From: Anaeramoeba ignava BMAN
Taxonomy: Eukaryota > Protista > Anaeramoebae
Length of the DNA: 64,000 nucleotides
Direction of reading: 5' to 3'
Assembly (NCBI GenBank): GCA_028826165.1
Contig: JAPDFW010000103.1
Span: 1 to 64,000, forward strand
This document shows positions 58,401 to 64,000 of this stretch, piece after piece. The translations under genes and the position numbers were made by a program. Below the pieces are notes generated by a model. It made no database searches. It was given only the letters and a program-made list of their open reading frames with translations, and was not told the DNA's origin. Positions within the stretch are counted from its first letter, which is position 1, and each line of letters starts with the position of its first letter.

Positions 58401-61400
58401 AGGCATTCTGAAGATAATTTGTGGAGATGAAATACTGTGAATAGAGAACGGAAATTTTCATTTTTTTGGGATGTGTTGTAAATACGATACAGATTGAAAA
58501 ACCTATTGATATCTGGTATTGTTGTTGTTTGAGGGTTGCAAAACAAGAGGTTTTCTTTAACAGGAAATTTCCCGCAATAACCGAAATACAGGCTTGTTGA
58601 AATTTCATAGGCATCTGTTTCTTTGTCGAGCTTGTAAAGAAACACTGGAGGCGAGTTTTTATTGGTTCTCTCAAATAATTCCTTGTATTTTTTAAGTGTT
58701 TCCTTCCATTTCTTTGCTTTTTTTTCTGTAATCACACTTATTGAGTTCGAATCCTTCAACGAAATCAACTTGTCCAATGCTTGCGCAAATTTTGGAAGAT
58801 CGACTTGCACAATATCTGGAAATGAAAGAGAGTCTAGAAATTTATTGAAAATTTCCTTTGTTATTTGGGAGTTGAGATGACTGAAAATGAGGAAAATTGT
58901 GTTTCTTTCATATTCCTCTCTTTTTATGCAAAGTTGTTCGAAAATGGAAAACAGCTGCTCTTCAGAAAATAAACAAATGGAAAAATAAGTGCTATAAACC
59001 GATTCCAGATCTCTTTGCCAATTGGCTAATTTTTGTGCGAGATTTACGCTGATTGCCTCCAGTTGATCCATGAAATCCTTAAAAGTGATCATTGGAGCAT
59101 AGGACAAAACCGATTGGAAATTGCTTTTTGGTTCGAAATGGAACGATTTTTTGAGTCCAGAACAAATTTGGTAAATTTTTTCCAAATGAGAAAAAATCTG
59201 ATCAAAGTTTGCGTGATAATCCTTGCCAACTGAATCGGAAAAGAGCATTTTGGCGAGATTGTCCTCCGCTTCATGGAAATATTGGTGGATCTCTTCAAAG
59301 CATGTAAAAGGAAACGATTGAGTCAGTGTTTCATTTTGACAAGAAAAAATTTGTTCCAGTTTTGGCGAATAGTCAAAGACGAAAGTTACAACCGATTCGC
59401 CAAAAATGGATTCCAAATTTGTTATCACTCTTGATTCTATAGTGTCGTGTCCGCCCAGCAGTTGAAGATAGACTTCTGGAGCGCAGCTTGATAGATTCTC
59501 GAGACTAAATTGCGTTAAGATGTGGATTCTATCGTTTGTTTCTGCATCTTCAAGACGGTTTATTAATTGGCGAAAAGATTCAAATTTGAGAGTGAATACG
59601 TATTTTCTCATTCTTTGCTTCAGCCCGTTAAAAGAAAGATAAAGACTGTTTGAGTAATAATTGGATTCGAAAAATTGTTGCATTTTTTGATCATTTTGCA
59701 ATTCATTGAAAATGGTGATGAAATAGGGAAGTGCGTCAAGAAAATGTTTCTGTGAAAAATCTGTTAATTTGGGCATTTTTTGCACTTCTTCGAGAAGTGG
59801 GTTAAGACTGGAAACATTCTTGATTTTCTGGTTTTTGAGCCAATTTTCATTTGAGAAATATTGATAATTTTCGTTTTCGTAATTGAAGGCTCCCAAAAAC
59901 CGCAGAATCCATGGCTCGATTTTGTCATATTTCTCGAGGAATTTTTGTGTTTTTATAATTAAAGAGGAAACGTATAGAGCATTTGTCTTCAATTCATAAT
60001 TGTAATTTGTACTATCCTCGTTTTTTTTCTGTTCTTCATCAGAAATTTTGAAGAGTGTTTCCAATTCTTTGGCGATAATAGGTTTATTTGTTAAAAATCG
60101 GAATTTTTCAGTAATTTCTTTCAACGGGATGTTTTGCGATTTTAATAAATCACAAAACTTTCTTGCGTCTTGAGCAACGGGACCAAAAATGGTGTTAAAT
60201 TGCGACAAATCGTTTTCTTCCTTTTGTACGGGATTGATTTTGGCTTTGAGTTTCGGTTGCCAGAAAAACGTTGTGAAAATTCTGCTTTTTTTGAACTTGG
60301 AAATTTCGGAGAGAAGAGCAAAATCAATTTTGAAATTTGTAGCTTGCGATTGAAATTCGCTCAATTTGGCGTCATTTGAGAGAGATTTGACGAGTTTTTT
60401 GAGTTTGGAATGCAAGGGTTTCCAAGCATTTTTGTTGTTGAGCTGCTCAAAAATATTTTTGATTTGCTTGAAATGGGCGCATTTCTCGATGTTTTGGATA
60501 AATTGTTCGCGATTCGGAATGGAAACTTTAAGATAAAAATCGCTGAGTTTTCTGAGTAGCAAAAAATCCTTATACGAGATTTCTGAGAAATTCTGTTGAG
60601 AATATTCAGTGATTTGATTGATGAACATTTTGATTTGATTGTAAAAAGAGATTTTCCTATCAACAACATTTGGGGATTTTTGATTAACAATGCCCTGAAA
60701 AAAATTAAACAAAAGAATGAATTCCTTTTTCTGTTCTTGGGAAATCAGTTGCAGACGATCAATGAATTTGGTTTCAGGGTTTCTTGGAAACCTGTCTGCG
60801 AAAAATTGATCCCATAAATCAAGACTGCTGATTTTGAGTTTTATTATTGAGTCCTGAACAGTTGCGTTTTGGTCGTCTTCTGTGCTTTCGGCATGGGTGA
60901 TTTCTTCTATTCTTTTCTGCAATTGCTGAAGAACACCGATTATAAGAAATCGGCTTTCTTTTTGGATATTCGAGAAAATGTTTGAGTTCTTGATCATCTC
61001 AACAAGTGATTTTGCGGATTGATTTTTCCAGAATGACTGCAAATGAACGTTGGAAGTAATTCCTTCCGAGACGACATTTTGCAAAGACTCGGCATCATAT
61101 AATTCTTGTGCGTTTGCGCTCGTCGGTTCAGTTGGTTTTTGCGATTGATTGAGTTTTTGGACAATTTCTTTGATTGATTTGTGTATTTTTTCATAGAATT
61201 TTGTGTGGAAATCAAACCAGTTTTTCAAGTTTGCCAAATTGTAGTTTTGGATCGGAAAAAGAATATAGGATTGGAGCTTGTATTTGATAATATTTGTGAG
61301 TATATTTTCAGGATTTTCTGTAGGGAGTTGTAAATTTTCGAATAAAAGTTCAATTATTTGCGATTGATATTGATATTCCTTTCCAAAAAAATCGGTAAAC

Positions 61401-62344
61401 AAATCCAGAAACTTCTCTTTTCTCATTGCCTGGATACTTGAGAAGAAAAACTTGATCAAGTCAAAGATAATATTTGGGGAGAACTGGTGCAAATTAATCC
61501 ATTTCTTTTTGTCGCCAAAGAGGTTGTAATAACAGGGAAAAAGGATGATAAACGAGTGGTTGAAGTTGATCAAGCTTCTAAACAATTCCGCGAAGAAAAT
61601 CCGAAAGTCCTTATCATACAAATTGTACTCGTTGATGAACTGGTTGGTGATGTCCATTATATCGACGATCTGGCTTTTGTTGTTTTTTAGATAATCAACA
61701 TAAATGCTGCATTTTTTAGCGCAGACTTCTTTGCAATAGTTGAACAAAAAAAGAAACCCGATCAATTCCCTACTGGAAAATATTGCTTGATTCGTTTGAT
61801 TTTCTGTGAATTGATTTGTTTGCTGCGGATGGTTATTCTCCAAAATTGTATTTTCGGGTAATTTTTGCTCGAAAAAGGAATTAATGCAAAATTGCAAATC
61901 GGAAAAATTTTTTTTTTTTGGAAAATATTTTGCTTCAAGTTGCTTGATTCCCTCTGAAAACGACATGAACTGGAGATAGGACGTTTGTTTTTCGACTAGG
62001 GAATAAAAAAGACCGGTTAAAAAATAGGGAGCGATTTCTTTGTCTTTTATTTTTGAAATTTTCACAAAACAAAAGGTTTCCTTTTGATTTGTGAATTTGT
62101 GTTTGACTTCCTTTGAATAAGTGCCTGAAACTTTAATTTTAAGTTGATTCACTTTGCTTCCAACGTTTATTGTTAAGGGCTCGTTGATCCAAATTTGCAG
62201 GTTGTTTTCTTGCGGAAATAACTTATAAGGTCCTGTTTCTGCAATTGTGTATTCAATCTTCGGTTTTGAATTTTTTTGATTTTCTTTTGAAGAATCAGGA
62301 AGACAAACAATCACATAAATCGTTATAATTTTTTTGTCTGACAT
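49464..62344 (-). CDS. RNF213/mysterin-like giant AAA+/E3 protein, ~4270 aa; two ORFs joined by a 68-nt intron at 55808-55875
   Basis: Splicing creates IPLLLMGKPGTSKS (RNF213 GKPGSSKS); upstream SHLPGMGKS; SRFEK; degenerate RZ finger CEKNH...CKFC followed by FRTIRLFIH. Exon sum 12813 nt is in frame. Confidence 0.82.
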
Positions 62345-62514
62345 TTTTAAAAGGAAATAATATTTTTTTTTTTTTAAAATTAAAAAAAATGGAAAAATGA
62401 AAAAATGGAAAAAAAAAATTTTAATAAAAAAAAAAAAAAGGAAAAAAGCAAAAAAAAAATCAAAATTCCTCTTTTTTTTTTTAATTGATTTTATTTATTA
62501 TATTTTACTTTATT

Positions 62515-63978
62515 TTATTTAACAAACACTTCAATATCTTTTACTTTCCAATTATTAAAAGATCCAGCTAAATAACTTTTTGTATTTGGAGTTCCATAAA
62601 CCATTTCCTTTGGGAGTTGATAAGTATTTCCAAGATTTGACCAACCATGTTCCAAACCAGAATTGATCCAGAAATCGTAGCCGCCTCCAAAAGCAGGTCC
62701 AGCATCCTCATTATAATATATTGCCTTATTTTTCATTTCGGGATGAATTGGGAACTTTTGGATCGTTTTTGACGTTGGATTTCTTAATGAAAAAATAAAT
62801 GAAGAATCATCTGTAATGTATCTTGGATTTCCTGATTGATACCCGACTTTTGTGAATCCTCCAAACACATATTCTTCAGTTGTTTCAATCAAAACAACCA
62901 TTTTTCCTTTGCCGTCAATTCGGTAATGAAATATTCTGTTGGAAAATCCATGTTTTTTTGCTGAAAAACCAAGTTTCATTGAGCTGAAAAAAATATCATC
63001 ATCAATCAATGATTTCAAATTCTCAAGCTCCTGTTTGTCTTTCAGAATATTCGATTGGAACCTTATTCTCGTGTTGAAAATGAGTGAGTTTTTGTTCTCC
63101 ATTTTTTGCTGATATTTTCGAACTATCAAGTTCATTTCATTTTCGTTTGATTCGGGAATTGAGTGGAAATCATCGATTGTCTGAAGAAGCGAATCAGGGA
63201 TAATTTTCATTTGCATAATTTGGGAGATTTGGGTCTTTTCCAAATTGATGAATCTGATCTTATGGATTAAATTTGAGATTTTTTCTTTCATCTTCGAAAC
63301 AATCGCTTGATTTTCTTCTTTATTCCAATCAATCTCAACATCCATTGATCTGTTGATGCTACACTGCCTTTGTCCCCATTGCACTAACGACTGGAATATT
63401 TCGAATTCGGGAATCTGCAGATTGTCGTTTGAAAGTATTCTGGAAAAATGATCTTCTTCAAGATCGAGAAAAAAATCAGTTTTGATGAAATGGGCAAAAT
63501 TCTCAAAAATAAATTTGTAGCAAAAATCTGTCAATTCAGACAACTCAACTAATTCCGCAATTTTAAGAACCTCAACAACATTTTCTATTGCGCAAGTTCT
63601 CTTCACAAAATCGACGCAGGGCTTCTGTAAATCGTCGATTAAATAACGGGAAGAAAAGAGAAGGATCTCAATTACATTTTCAAGTGTTAATTGAATTTTT
63701 CCTGAATAAAAATACTCAAGAATTGATTTTAAAGTTGATTTTGAAACATCCTTTAAAATGAGCTTATTTTCTTGAAATTCTTTCATTTGCGAATGTAAAA
63801 GTGATCGGAAAAAATCATTTCTTGTTGAAAGTATTGATTTATGGCATTTGAAGGATATTTCTTGTTGATTTTCTTTACAAATAATTTCAAAATCACTATA
63901 ATTTTCTTTATCTGGTAAACTAATTAATTTTTGTAAATCTTGTGAAAGTTTTTCTGTATTTGAATAATGTTGAATCAT
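62515..63978 (-). CDS. BTB-BACK-TLDc domain protein, 487 aa
   Basis: BTB YSDFEIIC..FKCHKSILSTRNDFFRSL; BACK LSNDNLQIPEFEIFQSLVQWG; TLDc FSAKKHGFS..FH..DGKG..FGGFT..GPAFGGG..YLAG..EVF. Confidence 0.92.
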   Translation of the reverse strand: MIQHYSNTEKLSQDLQKLISLPDKENYSDFEIICKENQQEISFKCHKSILSTRNDFFRSLLHSQMKEFQENKLILKDVSKSTLKSILEYFYSGKIQLTLENVIEILLFSSRYLIDDLQKPCVDFVKRTCAIENVVEVLKIAELVELSELTDFCYKFIFENFAHFIKTDFFLDLEEDHFSRILSNDNLQIPEFEIFQSLVQWGQRQCSINRSMDVEIDWNKEENQAIVSKMKEKISNLIHKIRFINLEKTQISQIMQMKIIPDSLLQTIDDFHSIPESNENEMNLIVRKYQQKMENKNSLIFNTRIRFQSNILKDKQELENLKSLIDDDIFFSSMKLGFSAKKHGFSNRIFHYRIDGKGKMVVLIETTEEYVFGGFTKVGYQSGNPRYITDDSSFIFSLRNPTSKTIQKFPIHPEMKNKAIYYNEDAGPAFGGGYDFWINSGLEHGWSNLGNTYQLPKEMVYGTPNTKSYLAGSFNNWKVKDIEVFVK

Positions 63979-64000
63979 TTTAAAAATAAAAATAAAATTA

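Noticed and set aside
49464-62344. Two separate giant genes, or an intein-containing protein
   Set aside because: A 68-nt GT-AG intron joins them through the Walker A motif. I recognised no intein N-terminal, LAGLIDADG or HN-[CST] block pattern here or in the other genes.

Overview
Very AT-rich, intron-containing eukaryotic nuclear DNA from an anaerobic protist. It carries a PFO with an organellar presequence, poly-NQ tracts, a ScaA-like gene and a BTB-TLDc gene; an Anaeramoeba-like metamonad is my inference, not something the sequence proves. From ~10 kb onward the genes read cleanly: PFO (+), ScaA-like scaffold (-), metallophosphoesterase (+), long-form RNase Z (-), U2AF35 (+), TSC2/tuberin (-), monofunctional FTHFS (+), a ~4270-aa RNF213-like protein (-) and a BTB-BACK-TLDc protein (-). 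The first ~4.6 kb differs in composition and reads as a frameshift-riddled L polymerase of a negative-strand RNA virus (motifs F/A/B/C/D in order, xDD motif C), i.e. a candidate endogenous viral element. The neighbouring host GRAM-PH-VASt gene has the same indel damage, so the viral gene may be intact and the consensus merely unpolished. Other notable structure: two ~145-bp-period satellite arrays between divergent genes; long introns built from sense-strand G-free repeats that amplify the branch-point-proximal motif; a possible 23-nt micro-intron in U2AF35; block-wise A/T switching of codon third positions; and apparent catalytic inactivation of the RNF213-like protein. All calls come from manual translation and recalled motifs, with no database searches.
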